Of a stretch of 64,000 bases of DNA, positions 48,981 to 59,087 are shown piece by piece. How positions within the stretch are numbered: the stretch's first letter is position 1; each line of letters starts with the position of its first letter. Location: NCBI GenBank assembly GCA_025358115.1, contig JANYKQ010000064.1, forward strand, positions 12 through 64,011, written 5' to 3'. A program made the translations under genes and the position numbers. The notes under the pieces are model-generated. The model had not been told where the DNA came from. It saw nothing but the letters and a program-made list of their open reading frames with translations, and made no database searches. This DNA comes from Methanomicrobiales archaeon (GTDB lineage Archaea > Halobacteriota > Methanomicrobia > Methanomicrobiales > Methanospirillaceae).

Positions 48981-49397
48981 ATGATGGAAGAATGCCTGAC
49001 CTGCACGATCGATGCCGATATCCATGCAATTCCCCGGGTTTCCCTGGCGCTTGACAAGGCCATGCGTTCCCACGGGTTTTCCGAAGAGGAGTGCCTCGAT
49101 ACCCAGCTGGCGGTTGAAGAGGCAGTCACGAACGTTATCGTGCACGGCTATGCAGGTACGAGCGGGCAGATCCAGATCACCTGCCGTACAACCCACAATC
49201 TCGCGGAAGTGCAGATCCGGGATTGGGCCCCGCCATTCAATCCCATGTCCATGCCGGAACCCGATATCACCGAGGAACTGGAAGATCGACAGATCGGCGG
49301 GCTGGGGGTTTTTTTGATCCGGCGGGTGATGGACGAGATACTTTACCGGTATGAAGACGGGAACAATATCCTGGTACTGATAAAAAAGAGAGGGTGA
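48981..49397 (+). CDS. RsbW/SpoIIAB-like serine kinase (HATPase_c_2)
   Basis: LAVEEAVTNVIVHGY, IRDWAPPFNP, GGLGVFLIRRVMD. Confidence 0.92.
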   Translation: MMEECLTCTIDADIHAIPRVSLALDKAMRSHGFSEEECLDTQLAVEEAVTNVIVHGYAGTSGQIQITCRTTHNLAEVQIRDWAPPFNPMSMPEPDITEELEDRQIGGLGVFLIRRVMDEILYRYEDGNNILVLIKKRG

Positions 49398-49403
49398 AGT
49401 GTT

Positions 49404-50711
49404 TCAGGCATCCCTGACGATGTCCTGAATATAGGCAATGCCGATCTTGGCCTTGGTGAGCCGGGTGCTGTCCAGCAGGTGGCGCATATCGGAAAACTCC
49501 CCATCGGTTACGATCTTTTTTACCTGCGTGTTTAAGTCCAGCGAGGCATCATAAGGGACATTTTTGAAGACAACCCCGTGGTTGTGCAGGTACAGGGTCT
49601 TTGCCGCTCCCTTGTTTAGGGGGTTGACATAGGAGAGCGAGGAGATTTTGTCCGGAGAGAATCCGGAGAGATCGGCAGTGAGATCGACCCCGAAGCCAAA
49701 GCTTACGAGTGTCTCTCCCTTATGCGAATTCCCGCTGTCGGATGCAATCCATTCGTGGATATTCGAGGGATCCATAATGGACGCCCCGCCGGGGGGAGCC
49801 GATTCTGCCATAGGGGATTTTTTGAGGCCCGAACTGGAGAGCCCCGCAAGAACACCCCAGATGGTGATGGCAATCATCCCGTGATAACTCTTCACCCGTT
49901 CCTGTGCCGAGGTGAAGATCGTCCGGTAGATATCCGAGATGCTGATACCGTCGGGCCTGCTCGTTTCGAGCGTGAAATATTCATTGAACGGGCCGTCAAG
50001 CGTGACATTGAACCCGGTATAGACCACCACATCGCTGTCATGGTCGAGCGGGGTTAAGAAATCCGGCGTGTTGTTGCCGTCGGTCGGGAGCCAGACCATT
50101 GAACCATAGAGGGTGATCATCTCACCCATGAGAGGCATGGCTTCCTTTACACTGGCCCCCAGAGCCCCGAGGCCCAGCGAGTAATTGATCTCCGAGAACT
50201 TCCGGGCCTTGATATCGGCCTCGGTGATCTTCGCATGGAGCACCTTGTCCAGGTCTCCGAGCACATGGAGGACCGGCGGGGTGGTGAGCCAGCCGGGTTC
50301 TATAATCAGGGTGACACCGTCGCCAAGGATCTTTTTGTAAAAGAGCTCGTTGAAGAGCGTCAGGCTCTTTCGGGTCTTTACCAGATCGGCAACCGCGAGC
50401 TCCGTGGTCGGGTACATATCAAAGACCGATGAAAAGCCCGCCATGTCGAGCACTTTTTTGGGGTAATCCCCGACCGCCGCCAGCGCAAACCGCCCGCTCC
50501 TCCGCTTCATCTCCTTTTTGAGGCTGTTGAAGACCCTCAATCCCCCGCTGCTCAGGTATCCGGTTCCTGCCATATCCACGACCAGTTCCTTGTCGTCATC
50601 GTGGAGTGCCTCACGGGTCCAGGTTTCCAGCTGCTGGGCCCCGAATGCATCGAGCCGTCCCGATACAAAAAAGATCACCACCCCGTCTTTCCTCTCGCTC
50701 CGTGCTTCCAT
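49404..50711 (-). CDS. STAS domain fused to a ~320-aa domain resembling the acetolactate decarboxylase fold
   Basis: GRLDAFGA, YLSSGGLRVF; GLG...GEMITLYG..WLPTDG, HNH, RHLLD. Confidence 0.8.
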   Translation of the reverse strand: MEARSERKDGVVIFFVSGRLDAFGAQQLETWTREALHDDDKELVVDMAGTGYLSSGGLRVFNSLKKEMKRRSGRFALAAVGDYPKKVLDMAGFSSVFDMYPTTELAVADLVKTRKSLTLFNELFYKKILGDGVTLIIEPGWLTTPPVLHVLGDLDKVLHAKITEADIKARKFSEINYSLGLGALGASVKEAMPLMGEMITLYGSMVWLPTDGNNTPDFLTPLDHDSDVVVYTGFNVTLDGPFNEYFTLETSRPDGISISDIYRTIFTSAQERVKSYHGMIAITIWGVLAGLSSSGLKKSPMAESAPPGGASIMDPSNIHEWIASDSGNSHKGETLVSFGFGVDLTADLSGFSPDKISSLSYVNPLNKGAAKTLYLHNHGVVFKNVPYDASLDLNTQVKKIVTDGEFSDMRHLLDSTRLTKAKIGIAYIQDIVRDA

Positions 50712-50848
50712 AGGGTTACCTGATGAAGTATATCATGCTGCTAGTTTTTTAAGTGTTGGGGTATTGGGACGAGGGAGTCGTTCTTATTATCGTACCGGTC
50801 CCGATTGCAGCACACCGGCAGGTTACCTGCGGGGCCGCATAAAAAAGA

Positions 50849-51835
50849 TTATCGCTGGATATTCCGGCTCAGGAAGACTGCACCGCAGAGAGCGAGTGCT
50901 CCTATTACAGGGACCGCACCCAGCCCGGCCCGGGTTGCCAGGGGGGTGGGTTGTTCTGACGGCGGACGTGCCGTGACGGTTGTCACGGGCAGGGTGCTGG
51001 ACTGCAGTGAGACATCAACAGTCCTGATCATGTCCTCCTGGACCGTAACCTGCGTGGAGTAGGGCCGGTAGCCGTCCGCAGTAACGCTGATCGTGTGTAT
51101 CGTGCTCACCGATACATTGGTAAAGAGGGTAGTGCCGGTGCCCGGCCCGACGGGCCCGCCAACATTCTGCCGGCAGTTCGTGGTATCGAGGCAGACCGTG
51201 CTGCCGGTCTGGTCAACATACACCCGGACCGTGCCGGTTGGCGAGGCTATGGGAGTACCGATGGGCGTGATGATGGGGGCGACGGGAGTGGTGGGAGTGC
51301 TTAAGGATTTTAAGTTAATGTTGAGGTAGGTGGTCTTTGCAAGGTTCACGTACACCGGGGTAAAGTAATCCTGGTAGCCTCCCGGGCTCCTGACGGTTAT
51401 CGTGTGGTAACCTTCGCTCACACCCAGAAACTGTGTGCTGCCGGAACCGCTGAACATTCCCACGCCCGTGTGGCACAGGACATTGTCAAGACAGACCGTC
51501 CCGCTGCCGGGGGTTACATCAACCTGGAGGACCGTGATGGCGGAGTTAAGTTCAAGCGCTGCATCAACCCGCTGGGTCCGGGAGGAAACGGCAAAGAGGT
51601 TGTAGGTCCAGGGCATATACCCCTTATTGGTAACAGTGATCGTGTGCCAGGTATTGCCGGTGACGGTAAAGATGGCGTCGGTGGTATCGCAGTACACGGT
51701 ATCGATGCATGCAACGGCCCCCGATGGAGTGGAGTAGACGGCAATCCTGCCGGGTTCGACCAGCCCCTGGACATGGGTCGCGAGCAGGAGAAGGAGCGTG
51801 ACAATGATGAGGGTTTTGATATTTCTGATGGCCAT
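50849..51835 (-). CDS. Secreted PEGA-repeat surface protein
   Basis: Signal peptide; three repeats of V.S.P.G..VC.D...HTITV...GY; C-terminal TM helix and basic tail. Confidence 0.8.
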   Translation of the reverse strand: MAIRNIKTLIIVTLLLLLATHVQGLVEPGRIAVYSTPSGAVACIDTVYCDTTDAIFTVTGNTWHTITVTNKGYMPWTYNLFAVSSRTQRVDAALELNSAITVLQVDVTPGSGTVCLDNVLCHTGVGMFSGSGSTQFLGVSEGYHTITVRSPGGYQDYFTPVYVNLAKTTYLNINLKSLSTPTTPVAPIITPIGTPIASPTGTVRVYVDQTGSTVCLDTTNCRQNVGGPVGPGTGTTLFTNVSVSTIHTISVTADGYRPYSTQVTVQEDMIRTVDVSLQSSTLPVTTVTARPPSEQPTPLATRAGLGAVPVIGALALCGAVFLSRNIQR

Positions 51836-52087
51836 GTTCCGAAATCGGGGCGAGGGGTGATAAGGGTTTGGGGGAAATACAGAATTTGCAAATTGTCTTT
51901 GAGGATGGTTTTGCTGGGGGGAAAACCGTTCTTGGGGAAACTATGAAAGGGGATCCATGATGAAAAAAACCAGGGATCTTTATCGGTCCTGAAAAATGCT
52001 GGGGGTGTGGGAAGGAGTACCGCCCCCCATGCCGGTATTTTATTTATAAGGAAAACTGATGTCAATAAAGAGGAAAGAGTGAATATT

Positions 52088-52384
52088 ATGACAGAAAATA
52101 AAGGGCACTTTGAACAGGGACGGTGGGTTGTGGAGATCGAAAAGCCGGCCCCCCCGGCGGATGTAAATGTCATTGACAAGAGATTTTCCGATGCGACAAA
52201 GTCTGTTGTATCGTCGGTTGATGACGTGATGAAAGTCACCTTTGACCTCGTGACAACCGATGAAGGGAAGCAGTTCATTGAAAAAACCATAAACGATACG
52301 CAGACGCAGATCCAGAAATCCTTCGATGAGATCATCAGCCGCGTAAAAGACGAACTGGATAAAACAGTAAAAAATTTGAAATAA
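52088..52384 (+). CDS. Hypothetical protein
   Basis: MTENKGHFEQGRWV, helical C-terminus; T-tract downstream. Confidence 0.65.
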   Translation: MTENKGHFEQGRWVVEIEKPAPPADVNVIDKRFSDATKSVVSSVDDVMKVTFDLVTTDEGKQFIEKTINDTQTQIQKSFDEIISRVKDELDKTVKNLK

Positions 52385-52842
52385 TTTTTTGTTCGTAAAG
52401 AAATCCTGTCTTTCTGTTCTAGGAAACACCGACAAAGAAAGGTATGGTACGGTACCTGCCGGCTAAAACCCGGCGGATCGTTTGGCCCGGTATTCCCAAT
52501 AATGCAATAAATTCAAAAACAAATTGTCTGTTCAAAAAAAGTCCGGGAAAACTCCAGAACACAAAAATTCCCGGCGCAGATCACAAAAAAAAATAATCCA
52601 TGTCTTCTTAAAAAATATTCCGGCGATGATGAGTCCGGATCATTTACTAAAGGCATCTCATAAACCCGAATCGTACGGGGTCATAATCCGGGAATATCCG
52701 GAACTACTGCTCCTCCCAACCGAACAACTCAAATTATTTCGTTCCGGAGAGACATACAGGATTGAAGAGCATTTACTCTGGAATATTTTCTGAACAAGTA
52801 CCCTGAGGTTGTCGGATTGTCGTTTGTACTCTGGTGTGAAAA

Positions 52843-53466
52843 ATGACGCACTACCTGATCGATATCCGCCTGATGGGGTCCGTCAAAAACCAGATTCGCT
52901 CGTTGAGCAATCATCTGGCGGAGAAATTCAATCTCGGGGAAAAACTGGTCACACCGCATATCACCCTGGCCGGGCCGTTTTCAACCACCGATGAACAAAA
53001 ACTGGTTGAGGATTTCACCAGGATCTGTACTGACCAGAAGGTGATCCCGAAATATGAAGTGGGAAGTTACGGGTTTTTTGACGACACGAGGGTTGTCTTT
53101 GTCACCATCACACCGGATGAAACCCTGAAACTATACCGATTTCAGCTGGCTCAGGCAATCTCCCCATACTGCTCCTTACGGAAATACGATCAGGATTCTG
53201 CCGATGACTTCAGGTTCCACTCTACACTGGCCATGAAACTTGACTGGCTCACCTTCCAGAGAATCAAATGGCATTTCCGGGAGCAGGAGAGTGTTATTTA
53301 CCGGCACCATCCGATCCGGGCAACACTGCTCCGGAATTCAAAAATACTCTGCGAATATGATTTCGTCCAGGAGAGGATGCTGAGCCGGGCCCAGGCACTG
53401 AGCAAGGCGACACGGATGCGGGACTTTGATATTCTCAAAGTGTGGGCTGACGGAAGCTGGGAATGA
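52843..53466 (+). CDS. 2H phosphoesterase (2'-5' RNA ligase superfamily)
   Basis: PHITL and FHSTL motifs; GGTG RBS. Confidence 0.85.
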   Translation: MTHYLIDIRLMGSVKNQIRSLSNHLAEKFNLGEKLVTPHITLAGPFSTTDEQKLVEDFTRICTDQKVIPKYEVGSYGFFDDTRVVFVTITPDETLKLYRFQLAQAISPYCSLRKYDQDSADDFRFHSTLAMKLDWLTFQRIKWHFREQESVIYRHHPIRATLLRNSKILCEYDFVQERMLSRAQALSKATRMRDFDILKVWADGSWE

Positions 53467-54004
53467 AAAAGTGGGAGTGGATCAGCGGTACGGATAATTG
53501 TATGAAAACAGTCCCCCAACATATGCCATATCCGACTCAATTTTAAACCGGTATTCAACGAAATGACCGATCATCCCGGCCCCCAGAACAGCCCTTCTTT
53601 TCCTTTTTCGCCAATATCAGCCCACTCAACAAACGATCGGCTATCCAAAAGGCACCATTAGGGATCATTTTTGAGCCAGTTTTACCGTGAATTCAGACAA
53701 TAGGGGCTCATTGCGAAGTTTTAAGAAAATAATGACATCATAATTCCCCGGATTTGCGAATAAATGGAGACTATACCCGGGTCCGCGAGGAAAGTCTCTG
53801 TCGGAGAAGTGAGATACACGGAGACCTGGTATCGCGGGGTCCCGGGCCGGAATAAGCGAACTAAAAAAACGGGAATTTCCTGTAGCCCGTCACATCCCCG
53901 GCCAAAAAAGGCAGATGGTAAGCCCGCTTAATTGCAGGGAAAAAAGGGTTTTCCTCAGGAATTTCATAATTTAAAAAAGGAAATCCGGGCGATGATCTTC
54001 ATTA

Positions 54005-55402
54005 TCAGTGGCAGGGTTTATTCTCTGGGGGAATATCAAAGCAGGTTCCTTCAGAGTCTGGTCCGAAAGAACGGATTCTCATCTCCATCCGTCCCCAGAG
54101 ATCTGCCGCTTCCAGTTCCTGAAGGGTATAAAAATCCTTGAAAACCTGATTAAACACGCATCCGCTTGCATGATCGGGGTGACTGGGGTTTAATTTGTCA
54201 TTGCAATACATCCTCAAAAGGGAATTGGGCAGGTATTGGAGAGCAAGATCACACATATGACGGCGAAAATTTTTTATACGGACATTGTCCGGAACATCCG
54301 GTCCAAACCATTCGTCATAAGATTCCTGCCCGAAGAGTAATTCCCCTGCGGGAAACGGTGGAGTTGAATATGCAAACATATCATAAGGATCATCCCCGTG
54401 GGAGAGATAACCAACCCCGCCATTTCCCAGATAAATACGGGGCCTCGAATGAAGAGCCCCTGTTATCTCAAAACTCAAAACCCTTACCGGGATGTTGATT
54501 GTCTGTAATAAGGAGCGGAGAAATCCGGAGGTTCCCCAACATCCGGCAGTAAAGTGGCACCGTCTCGGTTCGGGGATGGCCGGATTTGTTGTTCCGGAAA
54601 TTACTCTTTCCACGGGGGCAAATCCTTCATATTGCCAGTTGGGATAATAATCAATAATGTTTGCAGAATGCCCTGAATCCCCCCCGTAAAACGATGCATG
54701 CACCAGATTAGTCCGGCACCATCCAAGGAGAAGACCAACCGTTGACCGGATCGTAGTCCCAATCAGTTTATGCGTTGTTAAAAAATGATAGACGATTGCC
54801 GGATCACCATACGTAGCATCACCCTGGAAGATGGAGAGCGATGGCTGCCACCTCTGTATTCTGTATGCCAGGTCCGGTGTGGTATGACCGCATGAATATA
54901 CAAACATATTCTGGCAATCCAGCACATGGTTCAGCTCTTCGGAAGAATAACCGGCGAGTGACCAGGGGGTCTTTTTGTACATTTCAATGAGAAGGCTGTG
55001 GGCAAGGTACGTGAGATAGTATTCCCGGGCCAGCACCGGATCAAATGCCATGGAATGCACAAACCCGTTCTCGCTGATATCAAGGGTAACCTGTGATTCG
55101 GCAATCTGAGGAACATCGGGAAGCAAACGGACAGGTGCAGGTTTATTCCTTGTACCCGGGGATAAAAGAACGAGAGGTGAGAAATCTTCACTTTTACCCA
55201 CATCACCAATTTTTTTTTCAAATTGCTGCTTCAGCCGCGCCGGCCATTCGGAAAAGGATTTTGGGATCCCTCCTTCCGGGCCCGGCAGTCTCCATATAAT
55301 TGACGCTGAAATTCTGGCAAAATCATCTTCACTGAGAACGCGCCTGAATTCCGGAAGGTTGTATTTTTTCTGTGCAGATTTTAACAATGTTTCCAGAGCC
55401 AT
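54005..55402 (-). CDS. Hypothetical protein with transglutaminase-like core
   Basis: AGCWGTSGFLRSLLQTINIPVR...HSRP...HGDD. Confidence 0.6.
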   Translation of the reverse strand: MALETLLKSAQKKYNLPEFRRVLSEDDFARISASIIWRLPGPEGGIPKSFSEWPARLKQQFEKKIGDVGKSEDFSPLVLLSPGTRNKPAPVRLLPDVPQIAESQVTLDISENGFVHSMAFDPVLAREYYLTYLAHSLLIEMYKKTPWSLAGYSSEELNHVLDCQNMFVYSCGHTTPDLAYRIQRWQPSLSIFQGDATYGDPAIVYHFLTTHKLIGTTIRSTVGLLLGWCRTNLVHASFYGGDSGHSANIIDYYPNWQYEGFAPVERVISGTTNPAIPEPRRCHFTAGCWGTSGFLRSLLQTINIPVRVLSFEITGALHSRPRIYLGNGGVGYLSHGDDPYDMFAYSTPPFPAGELLFGQESYDEWFGPDVPDNVRIKNFRRHMCDLALQYLPNSLLRMYCNDKLNPSHPDHASGCVFNQVFKDFYTLQELEAADLWGRMEMRIRSFGPDSEGTCFDIPPENKPCH

Positions 55403-55460
55403 AAATCCTCACTTCCCGTATATACATATGGATTATATACCAGTTATTAAAAAAATACGG

Positions 55461-56327
55461 TTATTCCATGACCGGCTTTCGTACCGCAACAGCACATGAG
55501 AGCCAGCCGGCATCGGGAGTAGGGAAGTAGCGGCACGATCCGGTTCTTCTCATTTCCATCTTGTCCATATCATAATACCGGCAGGAAAAGGCCGGTTCCA
55601 GTAGTGCACGGATCTCAGCTTCGGAATAGGTTGTCATCCGGTCAAGAGCAGTATAATCCCGGACATGAGAGAAGATCCGGTAAGGGATAGACCGCCGCTC
55701 CTCACGGATAAGCCCGCACGGTTTGAGATGCTCAAAAACGATACTCAGGTCCGGAATGAGATCGGACAGAGATTTCAGCACCCGTTCCATTGCGGGTCGT
55801 TCGATATAGTAAGTGAGTCCTTCCATAACAACAATAAGGCGTGTACGGGACGGCTCGCTTATCTCAGTTTTGAGGGCTTTGATCAGGCAGCCGGTATCAG
55901 CAATGTCAGATTCAAGGGAAGTGATGAACCTGCACCGGTCCGGGACCAGCTGGGAATACAGAAGGTGCTTCTGGCTCATATTACTCCGGTCGATCTCGAT
56001 GAAACGGACAGGGTCGCAGAATCGCGACGAAAGTTCCAGGGCAAGCGGGGAGAACCCGGCACCTAAGTTGACGATGACCGTCCGTTTCTCATCAGTTCCG
56101 ATCAGTTCTTCAACCATGTTTTTGATGAAATGCTTCCGGTTGATGATCACTTCCGGGTACCATGGGCATATCCTGTCGTAATGCTCCAGTAACGGCCGGC
56201 CATGAGAAAGATCAAGCTTCGAAAGATAGGTACCAGCCAGGGGCATTGTCTCATAATAACCACGGGCCCAGAGCATGACAAGGGCAGCGGTATCGGATAC
56301 CGGATATGAGTTTTCGTGCTCGTTCAT
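55461..56327 (-). CDS. SAM-dependent methyltransferase (LCM/YktD-like)
   Basis: VSDTA, VNLGAG, EID, MEGLTYY; start trimmed to 56327. Confidence 0.82.
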   Translation of the reverse strand: MNEHENSYPVSDTAALVMLWARGYYETMPLAGTYLSKLDLSHGRPLLEHYDRICPWYPEVIINRKHFIKNMVEELIGTDEKRTVIVNLGAGFSPLALELSSRFCDPVRFIEIDRSNMSQKHLLYSQLVPDRCRFITSLESDIADTGCLIKALKTEISEPSRTRLIVVMEGLTYYIERPAMERVLKSLSDLIPDLSIVFEHLKPCGLIREERRSIPYRIFSHVRDYTALDRMTTYSEAEIRALLEPAFSCRYYDMDKMEMRRTGSCRYFPTPDAGWLSCAVAVRKPVME

Positions 56328-56430
56328 GGTCACCAAGACTTTCCTATATCGTATTTTTAGTGCCGGGTTAAAAATAATCCGCCGGTAAAAGAACTGTGTA
56401 ATCCCCATGCAGTCATCAGGAAAACAAATT

Positions 56431-56802
56431 TTACGTAATAAAAACCTGGTAGGTATAATCATACTGGCAATCGAGATTGGCAAATTCTGCCGTGGAGACC
56501 TCAACCGTCCTGTTCTCCAGCGGGAGAAGCCGGGGATAGTTGAATGTTTTTGTCAGCCCGTGGCAATACGACGATGTGGTAGCCAGGGTAATATCCACAT
56601 CGACATTTTCAAGGGTGCGGTTGGACGGGTTGTGCACTAAAAAACTCCCGGTATATACATCGAAATCGCCCACATTATCCTGCAAAAACCCGTCAGGATC
56701 AAGGCTGGTGACCGTGATATCAGTATTCCGGGCAGGGGAAACGCAGCCGGTAGCACAGAGCAGGAGCACCATTACCACTACAATCCAGCCGCTCTGTTTC
56801 AT
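56431..56802 (-). CDS. Putative lipoprotein
   Basis: Hydrophobic signal with ATGC lipobox; beta-rich body. Confidence 0.65.
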   Translation of the reverse strand: MKQSGWIVVVMVLLLCATGCVSPARNTDITVTSLDPDGFLQDNVGDFDVYTGSFLVHNPSNRTLENVDVDITLATTSSYCHGLTKTFNYPRLLPLENRTVEVSTAEFANLDCQYDYTYQVFIT

Positions 56803-56971
56803 GAGTATCAGATCCAATGTTTGATCGTTATCTCCACATATGCTTTGTTACGGCGAAATGCCGGCCGGACACTGCGGATATTGGAACCAGATCCGTATGA
56901 AAAAAAGTCTGATGTGACAATCCCGTTCACATAAAATCATTTATAAAATGTGACGTGGTACACACCTATTC

Positions 56972-58060
56972 ATGATAAATTGTCCCGATTGTGGCAGGGA
57001 ACTCCCCACTCCTGAAAGTGAATGCCCCTCCTGCAAACAAAAGATTAAAAAAACCTTCACCATCCGGCAGTTTTTATGGGATAATTTCCGTTTCTTCACG
57101 ATGATCGGTATAACCGGGACCATGATCTCCCTTATACCCAATATGGGAACCCGGATCCTGGGAACAACCTGGATAACCGACACGGACAGTCTCCTTCCGC
57201 TCTTCCTTTCCATCATCATCTTTTTTGGATCGCTGTTCCTGACCATCTGTTTTTTAATAATATTTTACCTGGTGATCCAGAACAGGGAAAATGAAAATAT
57301 CCGGACAAAAATAACCCTGGCAGCAAGGACCCTGCTGACATGGTACGAAGGAGATACACAGCGCTTCATCCTTCTCTTCTGCCTGGTGCCGATGTGGTTT
57401 GGCCTGACATTGTTTTTCATCCTGCTCATGCCGCTGATCCCGAACAAGTACTCCTGGCTGTTTGCGGCAATTACCGGGCTGACCTGTATTCCCCTTGCCC
57501 TGTATGCTTTTTTTGGATGGCATGTCGGGAAAAAAGTATCGCAAAACATACCGGGAATGGAAAAAAATCCGCGTATGGTAACGGCAGTATTCGCCATTGT
57601 CGTGATCGCATTCCTGGTCCTGCTTCCCTTTGCAATTCCCCGGTATTTTAACAATACCGATACTTTCTCCGGGGATATAAAAATCAAACCAGACCAGCAG
57701 TATTTTTCCCCGCATATCTCATCGGCAAAAGGACTCCGGCTGGACATTACGAATCTGTCCGGTCGTGAATTACTGGACAGCAGGCGTACCTGGTCTGCCA
57801 GTTATGGTTATTTCATCTGGGTCATTCCGGCTACATCCGATATAGAAATTCTGGGAAATCCCGTATATGATTATAATAAACCGGCGATTTACTGGACCTG
57901 GGCCGGAACTGGTACCAGCCCGGATAAGAAACCCGTGAAGATCGATATGCACCTGTACCCGTCACCAGGAAAAGACGAGATCACCAGTTCATCGATATAC
58001 CTGACCTGGTACAACAATGATATTGTGTATGTCAATACGTCGTTTGCCCCGGTGCCATAA
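56972..58060 (+). CDS. Zinc-ribbon, multi-TM membrane protein with C-terminal soluble domain
   Basis: CPDCG...CPSC; about five TM helices. Confidence 0.75.
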   Translation: MINCPDCGRELPTPESECPSCKQKIKKTFTIRQFLWDNFRFFTMIGITGTMISLIPNMGTRILGTTWITDTDSLLPLFLSIIIFFGSLFLTICFLIIFYLVIQNRENENIRTKITLAARTLLTWYEGDTQRFILLFCLVPMWFGLTLFFILLMPLIPNKYSWLFAAITGLTCIPLALYAFFGWHVGKKVSQNIPGMEKNPRMVTAVFAIVVIAFLVLLPFAIPRYFNNTDTFSGDIKIKPDQQYFSPHISSAKGLRLDITNLSGRELLDSRRTWSASYGYFIWVIPATSDIEILGNPVYDYNKPAIYWTWAGTGTSPDKKPVKIDMHLYPSPGKDEITSSSIYLTWYNNDIVYVNTSFAPVP

Positions 58061-58150
58061 TTTTTTCCCTACAAAAAAACCGCATTTATTCCGGGGAAAT
58101 GATGGCGGGGAAAATCCAGATATGCGTGCAAAATTAATATTTCAGTACAC

Positions 58151-58930
58151 ATGAAGATGCTCCGGACTCCACTTCCGAACGCTCACCTGTCAAGACTGGA
58201 GACCTGCGGGTCGGCAGAATTGCTCAAAAGATTCGAGTTCTGCTTAAAGACAGGTACGAAGAAAGCAGAGTTCGGCCAGCTTTCTGATGCGTGGGGGAAA
58301 ATGTTCTCCGACATCTACCTGTCCGCGGAAGAACTGGTTGACGAGATGCAACAGGGGGAACACCGGCTCAGCGAAGTCCATGAGCGCATGCTGCGTGAAT
58401 TCATCCGGGCGGACTGTGCGGGCACAGGTTCGTTTGTCGTGAAGGTGATAAGAAACGGCGGGAAGATCGACAGGGCAGCCCTGATCATGATCGCGGACCT
58501 TGAAGATCTTGCCGGCATTGAGCACAACGGTATGACGGCAATCCACCTGCTTGTCGATGCCTGTGACAAAAAGGTGAGGCCGGTGTTAATCAAGAAGATG
58601 GGGAAACGACTGCTCTCCCAGGTCTATGACCGGAGAGGCATACCCACTATTTTCCTCCTCTTCAGTCTGTGCGATCTCTGTGGGGACGACCTGGACGCCA
58701 TCACACAGGTGTTTTCAAAAGACGAACTCAGGAATATCATGAGCAGGAGCAGGACCGGGAACACAGCCCTCGATGTATTTACCAACGTTGCCGCATTGTT
58801 GAAAAGACATCCACCCCTGGAACGCAACGCGTTCTATATCCCTGCCGCAAAGGATACGAAGAAAGACGGGTTTGAAGCACCGGTCCGGATTGAAAGAGTT
58901 TCCGGTGCTCATAAAAACAGAAGACCTTAA
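58151..58930 (+). CDS. Hypothetical protein with ankyrin-like repeats
   Basis: NGMTAIHLLV, RGIPTIFLLF, TGNTALDVF. Confidence 0.55.
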   Translation: MKMLRTPLPNAHLSRLETCGSAELLKRFEFCLKTGTKKAEFGQLSDAWGKMFSDIYLSAEELVDEMQQGEHRLSEVHERMLREFIRADCAGTGSFVVKVIRNGGKIDRAALIMIADLEDLAGIEHNGMTAIHLLVDACDKKVRPVLIKKMGKRLLSQVYDRRGIPTIFLLFSLCDLCGDDLDAITQVFSKDELRNIMSRSRTGNTALDVFTNVAALLKRHPPLERNAFYIPAAKDTKKDGFEAPVRIERVSGAHKNRRP

Positions 58931-59087
58931 AAAAACCGGGACCTTTATGAACGATGCGTGACGGACATCCGGGGCAATGCAAGCCAGGAATGCCGGAAAA
59001 ACCCCGGCGGGAGAATGGTTCCGGGGATCACAGTTCTGCAGGGATCTCTGGATGATGACATAATCCGCGAAAAAATACCTTTACTTC

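Noticed and set aside
53786-53935. GAGGAAAGTC resembling the RNase P RNA P4 signature
   Set aside because: It pairs locally in a hairpin, and no complementary 3' P4 strand or other conserved regions are present at a suitable distance
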